Below are positions 14,731 to 31,537 of a DNA stretch of 64,000 bases, one piece after another. A program made the translations under genes and the position numbers. The notes beneath the pieces are model-generated. The model made no database searches and had not been told where the DNA came from. It was given only the letters and a program-made list of their open reading frames with translations. Origin of the DNA: Eledone cirrhosa (lineage: Eukaryota); NCBI GenBank assembly GCA_964016885.1, contig OZ024745.1:129146001-129210000 (forward strand). Reading direction: 5' to 3'. Numbering within the stretch: the first letter of the stretch is position 1; each line of letters begins with the position of its first letter.

Positions 14731-17049
14731 TCCGTATATATTGGATGATTTATTTAACTAATAGGTAGATCTAGTCATTCTGTTTAGCAGACCGTGATAC
14801 ACTAATCAAAAGCACTTGATGTTAAGCGAATCGTCCATCATAGATTGAATAGTTCAATGAAAATAGAACGCCGGATTCCAATAAATTGCTTTAATGTTTT
14901 AAATTAAAGTTTTTTCAGGTAATATTGAGTTGTGACATTTATACCCTTCCTAAGGGCATTTCCGACAACTCTGTTATGAACTGGCATCAAGTGGAAATTT
15001 ACGTATCAACATTTTCCCGCTTACTCCACCTACCCCCACCATAAAAGGAGTCTTTGCGTGTTCACTCGATTTGATAAAAATAGCAGCAATCAAATCACCT
15101 TCAAATCACACCTCTTTGTTAAAAAGGTTAAATTGGACAACACGATTCAAGCGAATGTATCTGGAAATTATAAAGAAACAAATGGCAGAATGGATTGGGT
15201 ACGGCTGAAGGCCTTCTAATCCTTGTCTGCTTAATCCAACCTTATTTGGGACTAAACAACAACAAAATACACAACAACAATAACAAACAAAAAAAATAAT
15301 AATAATAGCAACAGCAATAGCAGAATACTGGAAACGAAATATATAAACTGATGTAAGGTTTTGATTCCTGATTGAAATCATTTACCCTACCATTTTATCT
15401 AAAGATAAAGAACCAATTTTTGTAAACCACCATTTACTTAGCACAACAAATTTCGACGGCCTCCAATGACGATATCTCAGTCCGCGAAGTCACTTGGGAA
15501 AGATGCAAATAGTACAATGAGCCGGTTATTCTGCTGAAAACAATAAGGTTTTTGAACAATGGATGCAAGCATGGATGTATTGATAAGAAGTTCGCACAAT
15601 CAGCAGGTTTCTTTTAAAATGACTTGTGAGTGAAATTTGGAGGACCGAAGTTGTAGGCGAGTAACATAAATATATATATATATATATATATAGGAAAAAG
15701 TATGACCCGGCGGCAGAGCTCAAGCCGTTTCGACGGCTATTTCTGAAATATATATATATACACGCACATACACCCTCCCATCCTATATATTTGGTATCTT
15801 GACACAATTCTTTCGCCATGTGACGCTGACTTCTTCCCTCACATTAACAATACTAATCACATTCCCCGAATTTTCAGTTCCTTCTCCTTCTATTCTTGCC
15901 TTTATTGTCTAGTCTTCACTATGGTCATCACTTCTTTCTATCCCTCACGAAGCCTGTCTCCGTGATGGCAGTTTTCTTGATAAATGACCTACATTTACTT
16001 CTATTACATCTAGTCGATCGCACTTCAGCGCTCTCACTCCATGACCAACCATACCACCCACTTTCTCTTTCACTTCACCTTAACTATCAAGCATTGTCCC
16101 CGTCAACATTCCGTCTCCTCTCTGATTCTATAACTCCACGCTTATTACCAATTTCACCCAGCTCCGCATTTAAGAGCACTCGTGATCGTTGTGAACTTTT
16201 GAGGGAGATCACGTGATTCTACAGGTACGTATACGACTACAGTATATCAATATCCTGACTGTTTGTGACGGAACCGAGCGTGGATTTTATCGAACGGCTA
16301 CCCGCTGACGAAGCGACTCCAGTTCATTACATAACAAATGCCAGGTGCACTTACGACTTGCATATGCATACTACAACTCGTAATGCACCTTTCAGGTTTA
16401 TCCAGAAACCGGATCGAACAGGTCCAGGTTAGCCTTTTCTCTCGCACGCTGGCCAAGCTGGTATGAATTTTTTTTTTCTCTCTCGTCTACGATTTCACAG
16501 AACTTATGTTTACCGAATTCGCAGACCAGACCCCTTCTTCCTCCCGTTAGACCTGTGCGAAATTCCTTCCTTGCTCACATTTCAACCAGGTTTGATGGTC
16601 TTTATTCTCTCGTTCACGATTTCACCGAATTTAAATTCATAGAAATCTGGGACTTGTCTCTTTCTTCATCACTTTCTGTTGCTTAAAGCATTTTGTTTGT
16701 TTACCCTCGCGTCCCCTTTATTTACGTGTCCCAACGACTTTTTTTAGCCGTTGCTCGCACCAACCGGAGGTATATGGTCTTTAAAGCGATGAAATGCCTA
16801 TGATGGTTGGAAGATCACTGATGAAGGACAAACTTTTTCATATATATATATATATAACGAAGGAAATGTGGTAAGGAACCAGATAGACCATAACGCACCA
16901 AAGTACTCAATACTTAAGGTAGTAGAGTGGGTAATAGGAACGAGTAGGACCCCGACGGCTGAGCTCAAGCCGTTTCAACGGCTAATTCTGGACAGTCCAG
17001 AATTAGCCGTCGAAACGGCATGAGCTCAGCCGTCGGGGTCCTACTCGTT

Positions 17050-18161
<1,112 letters not shown>

Positions 18162-18677
18162 CGTTTCTTCGCCCGCGTTCCCCACATGTGGTAGCCTGTA
18201 TGTGTACACGGGACGTCAATGAGAGCTGGGTGTTTATTTAACAAACACTTAGACTGTCAGTTGTTTATGTAGGGGCGAAAATACCAACACCTATTGGTAT
18301 TTGAATAGTTCACCGGAGGGATTGCTGGTATATGTGTGTGGGGGGAGGCTAGAGGTGGAGGAGGGAGAAGAATAGACTGACAACTGGTGGTGGTGGTGGT
18401 GGTAGATGGTGGTTGGTGGTGGTAGATGGTGGTGGTAGATGGTGGTGGTGGTAGATGGTGGTGGTAGATGGTGGTGGTGGTAGATGGTGGTGGTGGTGGA
18501 ACTGGTAGTGGTAGATGGTAGTGGTGGTGGTAGCGGATGTTGTGTTTTTGCTGATGATGAATGAGTAAGTGGTAAGGTGGTGTTGGTGATGGTTGTAGAA
18601 GTGGTGGTTGTGTTGATTGTGGTGGTGGTGGTAGTAGTAGTTGTGGTAGTGGTAAGTTAATGATGTTTGGTTGTGTG

Positions 18678-18719
<42 letters not shown>

Positions 18720-18863
18720 TTGGTGGTGGAGGTGCGAGTAGCGGATGTGGTATTGTTGGTGATGATGAGTGAGTGGTAAGTTAATGGCGTGTGGTAGTAG
18801 TGGCGTTGGTGGTGGTGGTGGTGGTGGTGGTAGTAGTAGTAGTGGTAATAGTTGAAGTAGTAA

Positions 18864-18914
<51 letters not shown>

Positions 18915-19828
18915 CGGATGTGGTGTTGTTGGTGATGATGACTGAGTGGGCGTTAAGGTGATGATGTGTGATTTGATGTCACCGATATTATTGCTTGAGA
19001 TAATGGTCTTCATTGTAATTTTCTTTAAGGTAAAAATGTCGGTGGTCCTGCTAGCTATAGTAGCTGCTGTCTTCGTCGCCATTATAATGTGGTCTGTGGT
19101 TAGGGTCAGTGGATTGGCAGAGTATTGGTAGAAGGTGGGACACCATGCTTTGCAGCATAGAGTTACGTCCCTTTATGATCTGAGTTCAAATCCCGCCGAG
19201 GTTAATTTTACCTTTCATCCTTACGGGTCGATAAAATAAAGTACCAGTAATGTACTGGGTTAATTGCTGGCTTTGTGCCAAAAGTAGAAATAATTCTTAT
19301 TAATGATGGTGGCTTTCGTTCCACTAATGTTAATAGTAGTGATATTGTTCATGTTGTTGTTAGTAATAGTTGCTGCCTTGTTTGTTGTCGTAGGTGAGGA
19401 AAAGGGTGAAATCCGACATTTTAATCTTATTTTTAATTTGTTTTAATTAAAAAAAATTTTTTTTTTACTAAGCTAGATTATAGTTGGAAGGTTGAAGGAT
19501 GAACGGAAAGGTGAAAAGATAAGCCAGTATTGACCGTTCTCTTCTCGAAGGAAGATAAGGATGCTGGAGAGAAAATAATACAATGAGGAGAAGGTATTAT
19601 GGCATTATATACAAACGTAAATGTTAATGGTTAAAGGCCCCCTTCGGTCACGAATGACCATGGGATTTACACTTACAAAGTTTCCTTTCCAAGGCATAAT
19701 CCTGGGCAATGTTGGTTTGTGGAAGACCAGCTTTCGCCCCCCACGCATGCCATTTTCCCCTCTCCACACCACCAATACTGTCCAAGAGAAAGACACTGGC
19801 TGATATAGCTTGGCACCGAAGACATCGT

Positions 19829-20108
19829 CAGGGCATTCTTCTAGGAGAAGGCAACTCAGGAAACTAGGATAACTCCGATATAAAACCTGCGGCTCAGTAG
19901 TTACCGATGATGTTGATCTTTTCTTCTTTTCGGGTTATAGCTACTGTCGCTCAGAGAGTGGGATTGGCTCAGTGCACAGTCTTTCTTCACTTTAAAAAAT
20001 ATATTCATCCACAAGCATTGCACGATGGCATTAACAGATAATTATTAATAATGCTATATCGTACAATGGCCATACTCGATAACGAGGGGGCAGCCATCAT
20101 GTTTGTAT
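19829..20108 (+). mobile_element. RTE-related (Ceph-domain-like) short element; further copies at 43120-43385 and 54640-54790, relatives at 33640-33860 (-) and 35660-35830 (+)
   Basis: Shared gatgatgttga..agagagtgggattgg..gtgca..taaaaa..gcattgc core, ending in gcagccatcat + (GTAT)-like tail. Confidence 0.6.
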
Positions 20109-20640
20109 TGCCAATCCACCGCCCTAATAATTGTTTCTACTTTTGGCACAAGGCCAGCAATTAATCCAGTACATAACTGGTATTTTATTTTATCGAACCC
20201 GTAAGGATGAAAGGCAAAGTTAACATCGGGCCCTAATAATAATATGCAAATCTGCAGTTCGATTTTAGGGATAATTAGAAATACAGGATATTTGGGTACG
20301 CATTTCACTGTGCTTGTTTTAATCACACATTTGATGAGAACCGAAAAAGTTTCGAAAATTGATTTAAGATATTTATCATTATTTTAAAATATATACTGGG
20401 AAATATGTGCGATTTCGCATTTGTCTGTATACTTTTTATATTACATGTGTAAATTTATATGCACATTTATGCAGTCTCTGTTACCAGTGTACTGTATATA
20501 TATGTTGATGTGAATTTAACGTATTCTTCGGATAGTTAGCGCAAGAGATGGCAACATGAATGGACCTGTTGTTTTACTGTAAAAACATGTTTTCCAAATG
20601 CACCCCACCCGTCCCTTTAATCTGTCTAATTTCTCATTCT

Positions 20641-20678
20641 TTCTTCTGATGAAGGACTAGCGTGCGAAACGTTAAAAC
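20641..20678 (+). ncRNA. Hammerhead-like motif of a further short repeat family (relative at about 2970-3005)
   Basis: CTGATGA-aggactagcgtgc-GAA-ACGT-T-aaaa; the stems are weak. Confidence 0.35.
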
Positions 20679-20961
20679 ACTCTTCCTGATATTTCAAGCG
20701 TTAACCTAATATATTCCTTCCATATACTGTACCGATTGTGTTGTTATTTCTGTTTACCTTTTACACACACACACATATATATATATAGTTTCCATTTATT
20801 TAATATCATTGAATATTTTCTCCAGTAAACTGTTGAGTGCTCTAAATCAGTTATAAACATTTATATTTGTTGGACTTCCAAGAAATTAAATACCCCTTCT
20901 ACTTATATATATTTATATACATACATACATACATACATACATACATACATACATACATACA

Positions 20962-20992
<31 letters not shown>

Positions 20993-21593
20993 GTAGAGGG
21001 TGTGTGGGAGATAGAGGACTAGAAAGAGGGGCAAAAGTGGAGGAGAACTAAACAGCTTAAGATACAAAGAAAAAAAAGAGGAATAACCAACAAAGGGTGC
21101 GGGCTTCAATATCCACGCAGGTATATAAATATCACGTCCGTATACACTTACACACGCACACCACATATATATGTACACTACACAAACATTTCCGTCACAT
21201 ATTCATACATATGCATACGAAAGCACACACAACGTGTGTATACAAAAGAAAGAAAAGCAGATTAAGGTGTGTTTATTGTATCTAAAAGTAAACGAAAACG
21301 GAGAGAAGAGGACGAGAAAATAGACAAAGAAGTTAAGGGGTGTAAAGTAAATAGAAAAAAAAAGAAACGTAATGGCGGAAAGAGAAGAATAACGTGAGGA
21401 ACGTGACAAGCAACAGGTAGAGACGTGTACGTATGATTGAAAGAGAATTAGAGAGGAAAGTAAGGAGAGAAGACAAGAGATGCTGAGATAAACATAAAAA
21501 GACGAACAGATATTGGAATAAGTATGAAAAGTAGATGGAGGGAACAAGAGGCAGGACAAACCTTAGGGTTACTAGGGCCGAGAGAAAGCTAAA

Positions 21594-21702
<109 letters not shown>

Positions 21703-22112
21703 ACACCATATATATTTCCGTGGGTACTTAGTACCTACTGGAATATCTATATCATTTATCTGAATTCCCCTTAATGTTGAGAAAAAAATGTTGTATCATG
21801 CTGCTATTTCTAGTAACATGAAATATCAACTAGTCTATTATTCCCGCTGTTTCTAACGGCCCATTCGGTTGTTGGTCATTTTAACGGCTTGATTCATTCA
21901 CCGGGCAGAAAGCGACACATCCACATCTACGTGGATTTATGTCTAGTAGGTTTGGAAAAGCTATCTGAAGAGCTATATCTTTCCATTGGAAATTCTCTGA
22001 ATTTCCAATCTTTTGATTAGCGAAACCGTCGGTCATGTAACTAGAAGAGGTAAATATTTAAATCGTATTTTAATTTATTTAAAAAGATTGTGTTTAATGT
22101 TTACTTGTTCTG

Positions 22113-22641
<529 letters not shown>

Positions 22642-22858
22642 ATTATAATTGAGTATATATGTATATACATATATATATATATATAAATCAATTGGATACA
22701 GTAAAAACTTGTTTAGACCATTACTCACAAGAAATCATCAGGAATGTCCAATGTTTTTATACAAATGAAACAGTCCTAGTCCTCTGGAAGGCATTTCTGT
22801 ATTAAACGTGGTGTTTATACTCTACTAATGTATATATAGTATATATAACCTGGTATTT

Positions 22859-22905
<47 letters not shown>

Positions 22906-22909
<4 letters not shown>

Positions 22910-23130
22910 CCCGAGATCCATGGACGAGTTCTCTCCAGCAGTCTCTGTCCCTCATTATCGCTACCATGTCCTGCGCCTCCAAGAACACCAGTGTCTGTCC
23001 TTAGGGCATCAACATATGTTAAACTCGGTTTTCCTCTTCCAACGTGTCCATGCAGGGCCTCCCACAGGAGTACTGAGTGCAGTGTCAACTCTGGATGTCG
23101 GTGAGCATGTCCAGCTAACCTCAGTCTCCT
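22906..23130 (-). mobile_element. RTE-clade LINE 3' fragment (second copy)
   Basis: Closely matches 14267-14490 and abuts (TA)n. Confidence 0.8.
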
Positions 23131-24433
23131 ATGTTAATTATTAGAGAATACAGTACCGAATTCTTGAACAAATATAATTATTGGTTTACAATAGTTTCAG
23201 AAATCACATCAAAATTCAGTTCATAAAAATGAAAATTATATATATATATTATCATCTGCTCTTATCGATTATATAATCGATAATATCATTTTTATGAACT
23301 GAATTTTTATATGATTTCACTACTAACAACCAACTTACCCCCATCCCCACCCTCCAACCTTTGTATTTTGGCCGACAGGATGGAAAATGTTTGCCCGGGA
23401 GGACGACAAGGTAGAGGCGCTGGAAAAACCACTGCACAATGCGGGGATCACACATGCGGGCGGCCACCTCTGCTCCGATAGCACTAAGCCCTCTTCAGCT
23501 TGGCGAGCCTGGGCTGTTAGCTGAACGCACCAGGCTGCTGCTTAAAATAGGTATCACATCAACTACTTCTGAGACGTTAGCTCTTCGTTGTCGTTAGATC
23601 GTCACATAAATGACATCCTACTATCATAAAAAGAAAGTCAAAGACATATTGGGCAATATAAATCAAGATATTTAAAATGACAGGTGGTAATAGCTGTAAA
23701 TTTGAGACCAGAGTCTGCTTGTTCTCGACCGAGCAGTAGCTAACCAGCATTTTGTAACCAGAGGTCTGCTTGTTCCGGATTGACCAGCATGAAGACTTCT
23801 CTTGTCTTTGGCTCTAGGGCCTCCTCCCTACGCACCACCATCGGCACATAGTTGGCTACCTGCAGGTGTGAGCCTCGCGAGCTGGAATGGTTCTTCCAAC
23901 GTGTTTCCCTCACTCTCCGGGGAAACGCCTTCTCTATTCTGTCAGCCCTCATTTGCTCGTAATATTGAGAGATGGGAAAAGCGGGAGTCGCAGACGCAGT
24001 GACAGTGGGAGTTTGTTTCCTTTGTGTTCGGACCTGGTGTATATGTATTTTTTTCACGGACACACAGTCACACCACGGGTAAAAAAAACAACATATTATT
24101 CTGAGATTTTCGTGAAGAACATACTCATAAGAAGTCCTTGGATGTTTCCAACATTTTATGACCAGAGGTTTTCTTGTTGCCGATTGATCAGCAGCAAACC
24201 ACCACCAACAGCAACCACAACTGAAACTTGGTCTGTGAGAGTGTCTGAACTCGAGTGATCTGGAATCTATTCCCAAACGTTAGATGAACTGAAGCAATGT
24301 AGGGTAATGTGTTTTGCTCAGAAACAAAAGAATATGACAGCTTGTGGAGTTGCTCTCATGAACTATAAGCAGGTAGTTCATCTCGCTTATATAAACACAG
24401 CTCATATTGTTTTATTATTTTACTTTCACAATA

Positions 24434-24513
<80 letters not shown>

Positions 24514-25669
24514 ATCTGTCTCTCTCCCTCTCTCTCTCTTAACATCTACACATTCATGCTATACTGCCATGCCAGGTCTACATTATAAAACTAGATTTCT
24601 TTTTCATAGCTAGATAATAATGAGAATTCATACAAATTTTCTGAAATCACTAAAATCCTATGAATGCGTATTCTTTCTCATGTACAAAATTTATATTTCT
24701 TGTGCACACGGTCATGGGTTAGAGATTTATAGGAAAGGGAAGTGATATTGTGAGATGTTTATTACTTTCTTGAGAGGAGAGAGAAGAGGGGAGGGGCAGC
24801 AACGACGCAAATGAAATACGAAGCTAGAACGAGATTTAAACGCAACAGTAGTTTGGAAAGATTCCGTATAATATTCTTTATATTTATATAATTTACTTAT
24901 TATTTGGCTAGTTTATGAGATCTGACAGTGGCCATACTGGGGTTCCACCTTCAATGTTTCTAGTGAATCATATCGACAACACTACTTATTTCCGTCGAGT
25001 AGGCGCGCCTACATGATATACACCAATGGAATATTGGTACAACCCAGGCGGATTATATGCTGCATTATTATTTGATTGGCAGAATCGGTACAGCGTTGGA
25101 TACCATGTTTTGTAGCATAGAGTTATGGCACTTTACGTTCTGAGTTCAAATCCCGCCGGGGTTAACTTTGCCTTTCATCCTTAAGGGGTCGATAAAATAA
25201 AGTACCAGTAATGCACTGGGGGTTATTGCTGGCCTTGTGCCAAAAGTAGAAACAATTATTATTTTTGTTGTTGCTTTTGTTTTTGTTTTTTGTTGTTGGT
25301 TTTTCTTTACTTATTTGTTTTTTACTTATTTGTTTTGTTCGGCTTAATGTTTTCTCGCAGACGAGTATATATCTTTTGCCGCTATACGCATACATTGATA
25401 CATAAACATATTTACACATACACAAACACACACACGCTAACACATGTAAGGATAAGAGAGAAGCTGTGCATGTTTCATTCCAAGGAAATCATCGGGAAAG
25501 CCTGATGATTTCATTGGAATGAAACACTTCTAGTCCTGTAGACGCCATTTCTATATTAAATATTTATACTCTGCTTTGTATTGAGTACCTTACTTACTGT
25601 GGTTACCTCCGATTCAACCCGGGACACTAACTTATACACACACACTTACACATACACACAGACCCACAT

Positions 25670-25700
<31 letters not shown>

Positions 25701-25702
25701 CT

Positions 25703-26008
25703 CTACGGCCACTACTTTATATCCATGTAGGAGAACCCCTACCGATGCCCTGAACGAGTGTGACTTTTTAGTCCAGCCAGCGACTTGAAAACTCTGGTAC
25801 AAACACTACACTTGTAACAATTATTGACACATAGTGCTGGGCCCATGGTACCATGTGACGACAAGTGCAGAGAGATCTCCAGATATAAAGCAATGCCTGT
25901 GCCGTGAAGCTTTTTTAGTGAGCAAAGGCACTGCACAAAGCCAGTCCCACTCTCTTAACCAAGATGATATTTACCAAAAAGAAGAACAAGTCAACATCAT
26001 TGGACACC
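25703..26008 (-). mobile_element. RTE-derived non-autonomous element fragment
   Basis: Same family as 3182-3787; ORF 25739-25936 shows the C2H2 relic. Confidence 0.7.
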
Positions 26009-26205
26009 ATACATTCATATAGAAGTTATATTTCTACACGCGTATATAAATATACATATGATAGAGAATAATTGTATATTCAATGTATATTCACTGAAGG
26101 AGACCCCCACACACAGGCGGATAAGAACCAGACACACACACACAACTCCAACCCTCCCACACAAACCCACACACATGCACATATACACACACACACACAC
26201 ATATA

Positions 26206-26235
<30 letters not shown>

Positions 26236-26238
<3 letters not shown>

Positions 26239-26317
26239 TGGGTTGTAAAGATAAACTCCCGCTGTTATAATTTTGCTTGTTTTCAAAAACGGCGGGAAAT
26301 TATGTTACAACCTAATA
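26236..26317. mobile_element. Tiny mariner-like MITE in (TA)n
   Basis: tattgggttgtaaagataa..cccgctgtt / aacggcggga..ttatgttacaacctaata imperfect TIRs. Confidence 0.65.
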
Positions 26318-26383
26318 TATATATATATATGGGTGTGTATGTATGTGTGTATGTATGTGTATATGTATGTGTGTATGTATATA

Positions 26384-26462
<79 letters not shown>

Positions 26463-26877
26463 GGATGAATGTATGTATGTATATATGTATGTATATATGT
26501 ATGTATATACAGTATGTATATATGTATGTATATATATATATATGGATGAATGTATGTATATATGTATGTATATATGTATATATGTATATATGTATGTATA
26601 TATGTATATATATATATGGATGAATGTATGTATGTATATAAGTATGTATGTATACAAATATATATACATTGAACCATACATCTGTGCTGATGTGTGTGTA
26701 AACACCCAGCCAGATACATACGCTTCTCTACCACCCCTTGTCTACCCTAGGCCTCAATTCCCTAACCCATAACAGCTGTTTGATGCAGGGGGTTGGCATG
26801 GGTTTACTGTCATGGTTTCAGGGTTCAGTGATTGAAATGGGGCTGCGATATGATGGAAGGTGGTTAGAAGGGAAGAT

Positions 26878-26964
26878 AAAACGTTAGATAAAGGGCCGTT
26901 AGAGAGAAAACGTTAGATAAAGGGCCGTTAGAGAGAAAACGTTAGATAAAGGGCCGTTAGAGAG
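26878..26964. repeat. 29-bp tandem repeat x3; also 9-bp (ctatagtgc) x6 at 27488-27542 and 24-bp x3 at about 628-705
   Basis: aaaacgttagataaagggccgttagagag repeated. Confidence 0.9.
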
Positions 26965-27033
26965 GGAATGAGACTATAGGAGAGAGAATGTGAAGGAAAC
27001 AGATAGTCAGAAAATGAAAGATGTTAGAAAGGA

Positions 27034-27075
<42 letters not shown>

Positions 27076-27302
27076 GAGAGAGAGAGAGAGGGGTAGAAAT
27101 AGAGAGAGAGAGGGGGAGAGAAAGAGAGAGAGAAAGAAATGGAGAGAGAGGAGGAGCGAGAGAGAAATAAAGAGAGAGGGAGGGAGACAGAGAGAGAGAA
27201 GAGAGAGAGAGAAAGAAATTCAGAGAGAGAGATAACGAGAGAGACAGAGAGAGAAATAACGAGAGAGACAGAGAGAGAAAGAAAGGGAGAGAGAGAGAAG
27301 AT

Positions 27303-27352
<50 letters not shown>

Positions 27353-27589
27353 AGAGAGAGAGAGAAGAGAGAAAGAAAGAAATACAGAGAGAGACAGAGA
27401 GAGAAAGAGATTGAGAGAAGTAAAGGGAGAGAGGGAGAGAGAGAACGTGTAAGAAGGAGGTAAGATTAATGTTTCTCTCTGAGTTCCCTATAGTGCCTAT
27501 AGTGCCTATAGTGCCTATAGTGCCTATAGTGCCTATAGTGCCTCAGTATTAATATATACGAACATATCTGTAATAAGCATGCACAGACA

Positions 27590-27925
27590 TACATCGACAG
27601 ATGATGTTGATGGCACTCCGTCGGTTACACGACGAACGTTCCAGTTGACACGATCAACGGAACAGGCAGCTCCTGAAATTAACATGCCAGTGCCTGAGCA
27701 TTCTACAAACACACGTACATTTAAGGTAGTTTTCATGGAGATTCATCTTGACACAGCATGTGATTAAACTATCCCTTCAAATTAAAAGTACAACTTTTGC
27801 CAGTTGAGTGGACAGGAACAACGTGGAATAAAATGTCTTGTTCAAGGACACAACGTGCCGCTGGGAATCGAACTTACGACCTAAAGATCGTGAGCCTAAC
27901 TAACCACAAAGCCACGCGCCTTCAC
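27590..27925 (-). mobile_element. tRNA-derived SINE with Meta-like domain; related fragments at 31765-31862 and 19620-19828
   Basis: Minus strand ggcgcgtggctttgtggttag..gttcgattcc..cgttgtgtccttgaacaagaca. Confidence 0.7.
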
Positions 27926-27978
27926 ATATATTTGTAAATACACAGGCGTAATTGCACACGCATACTCCCAAACAAATG

Positions 27979-28119
<141 letters not shown>

Positions 28120-28239
28120 GTATATATATATATATTAGAAATTAGAAATTATAAGCTTTCACCGTATTTTAAACTAAAGAAATTTCTAGCCTGATAGTGG
28201 GATTTATAACCCTCGGAGAAATGGAAAAAGATGAGTGCT

Positions 28240-28282
28240 GCCGTACATGGGAGTCGAACCCACATCTTTGGTTATCCAGACC

Positions 28283-28283
<1 letters not shown>
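28240..28283 (-). pseudogene. tRNA-like 3'-half fragment inside a (TA)n-flanked insert
   Basis: tggt-ctggata-acca stem-loop followed by gtggg-ttcgact-cccat T-arm; the 5' half is absent. Confidence 0.4.
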
Positions 28284-28360
<77 letters not shown>

Positions 28361-28465
28361 GTATATATATATGTATATATATGTATATATATATATATGT
28401 ATATATATGTATATATATGTAAATATATATATATATGTATATATATGTAAATATATATATATATG

Positions 28466-28519
<54 letters not shown>

Positions 28520-28626
28520 GTATTTGAGCTATTTCACTTACTGGTAATAAGGTACTAATACATTACTCACCTTCCCTGTTTATAGTTGTTTATAGTTTAG
28601 TATATACATAGCTATAAATAGTATCT

Positions 28627-28722
<96 letters not shown>

Positions 28723-30274
28723 TGTTTTACCAGCTTCCTTACGCTGAGTTTTTCTATACGTACATATATATAATTCGTAGGAAATTGGAAAAACTCAGAT
28801 TAATGAAGCTGTTAAAACAACAGAATGGTGTCGAAGCAGCGTTAAGTAAAACTTTGCTTCGAGGGACAGAAATCAGCGGCTCGAAGTGAGTTGACTCGAA
28901 ATATTTCTCAAAAGTTTTGAGAAAAGTTTAAGTTAGATATTATAAAAAAATACGATGATTTAAAGAAATGTTTATAGAAATGTTTTGTAATATTTTATTA
29001 ATAATTAATTATGAGAGAATATTTGTTGAAAGTCTATGGCGAATTTTTAAAGAACAATCACATGAAACATTTAGAAAATATTAGGAAAAATCTGCAAAAA
29101 ATATTTGAAAGAACTTTTGGTGAAATTTTTTCGAAAATATTTTGATAAAAATTTAAAGAAAATATTTGAAAATGTCTAACGTGGGTAGGATATCTTTGAA
29201 ATGTATGGGAAAAAAATATTGGAGAAAATTTTGAGTAAAATCATAGAAAAGTATTTTTTTAAAAGTTGAAAGTTTTATAAAATTATGGCAAAATGATTTT
29301 AGTAAAATTTAAGGAAAAGTTTGAGAAAAGATTTTGAACAAATTGCAGAAAACTTTGCGAGAAATTTCAATGTAATTTTTTCGATAATATTTTGATAAAG
29401 TTTTAAATAAAATTTCGAAGAAAATGTTTGAGAAAATATTTCAGAAAAATTTTGATGAACTTTTGGGAAAAGTTTCGAATATTTTTGAGAAACGCTTTAA
29501 ATCAGGGATGGGTAACACACCACCCGCGAGCCACATCGGTTCCACGAATGATTTTTGTCCGGCCCTCCAACAGGTTTGTTGGCTGAGCGATTCCTGAAAA
29601 TGTGCTCTGCATTATTTTGGATTAGAATACCGACTAGAGAACGCATCTAATCACAAGACTCACTTAGCTGTACGTAATTTTTTGTGTGACAAAATCAGAT
29701 AGAATAGTCAGACATGGAGGTCAAGGGGATTGTGTGTATCTTTTACCATGTCTGTCTGTATTTTATTTGTAGTAAGAAATGTAATTAAATAATCGTCGTC
29801 AGTCGATCGACTTTCGTCAAATCGGACCGAGGAAACAATGTTTTCATGGTCGCAACGCCAGGTAGAAGGAGCCTGTTATATAACGCTCTACCGAACTGCT
29901 AACCCACCGCTCTAACAATCACTATAATAATAGCCTAAATTGGCTCTGAAACAATCTGCGGTTCTTAGACTGACTGTTGAACTAAATCTCCTTTTCTTGC
30001 AGTTGTATTGCTTAAGGGGGCGCTTTACCTGAAAACAAAAACAAAAAAAGAGTACCGTTATTATTATTAACTCCTGGAAACTCCATGTATATCGCGGGAT
30101 CTATTTTTAAGTTTAATAGTATAGAATAAAATGTCCCAAAGAAATCCACAAATAAGTTACATAGACCTGTAGGACTAGCATCGAAAATATGCAGATATGA
30201 TATCTGAGGAGGAGGAGGAGGAGGAGCAGGAGAAGAAGAAGAAGAAGAAGAAGAAGAATGGGGAAAAATTCGGA

Positions 30275-30308
<34 letters not shown>

Positions 30309-31229
30309 ACTCTGTAACTATAACCAAATTCAGCTGTGTTAGTTTTCGTCTAATATCCACCACTTGTCTTCAATATTGTTGTTGCTGATGTTGTTGGTGT
30401 GCTTTATTTCTATATTATTGCTGTTATATGTTATATGTTATTTACATAGTTCTATCATAGTTCATGGTGTTTGTTGTTATAGTTTATTTACATTAAGTTT
30501 ATTTCTTTCTTTAGGTATTAATTTCTTTTACCTTGTCCATTTTATTTGTGTTTTTGTTTTGTTATTACTATTTTTTTCTAATCTTTCCAGCCCGAGGAAT
30601 GTTCTAGAAATGTCATTGGTGGTGATGCTTACTTACAATAATAGAAAACACCAGACAGACCACGTAGGTAGAATGTGTAGATATAACTGTTTATACCTAC
30701 ATATAAACACAGAGGTATATTTACTACAATCAAAGTGATATACAAACACACTCATGATACATTCAGTAATGACATGCTTTTTTCGTGATGATAGCCCAGC
30801 ATGGTCACAACGTAATGGGTGTAACAAGTAAAATCTTATACATCCATACATCCATATATATATTCAAAACAACAAACAGCGAAAGACACGTTCCGGACTT
30901 GTCCGACAGACAACCTTTTCCCCCACCCCGGAAAAAAACCCCAGTTGATGGATGTGAATCCGAAATATATAGGGACTATTAAATCTCTCCCAAGGTAACT
31001 CTCTCTTGTGTTGTTATTTTTATTTTAACCGTTATACTCTTCCCCCATTCTACACATCTCACACATCTTATACACACCACGCATCTCAACGTACACCCAA
31101 TTACATCTCTCTCTCCACCACCGGACCTTGTTACCCGGATATTTACCCATTTGCATTGTCGAGGCTTCCAAACAACTTAAAGATATTTACTTATTGTTTC
31201 ACAATGCTTCAAGCAAACTTCAATACTCT

Positions 31230-31306
<77 letters not shown>

Positions 31307-31352
31307 CAAAATATTAACAAATGAAAGATATTCACATAATCAAAATATATGC

Positions 31353-31413
31353 TTTATTATATATATTTCAAAGGTAGTGTGTTGTTATTTTCAGTACGTC
31401 TTCATCAGATAAA
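31353..31413 (-). ncRNA. Hammerhead motif (family C-like, weak stem II)
   Basis: tttat-CTGATGA-agacgta..taccttt-GAA-ATATATAT-A-ataaa. Confidence 0.6.
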
Positions 31414-31479
31414 ATATATGATTTGATATATGACACACCGCTACGGTCTTGATTATACAATTCCAGTATTGGCAGTTTC

Positions 31480-31537
<58 letters not shown>

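Noticed and set aside
25739-25936. C2H2 zinc-finger gene
   Set aside because: A single finger that is the 3' relic of a multi-copy RTE-derived element.
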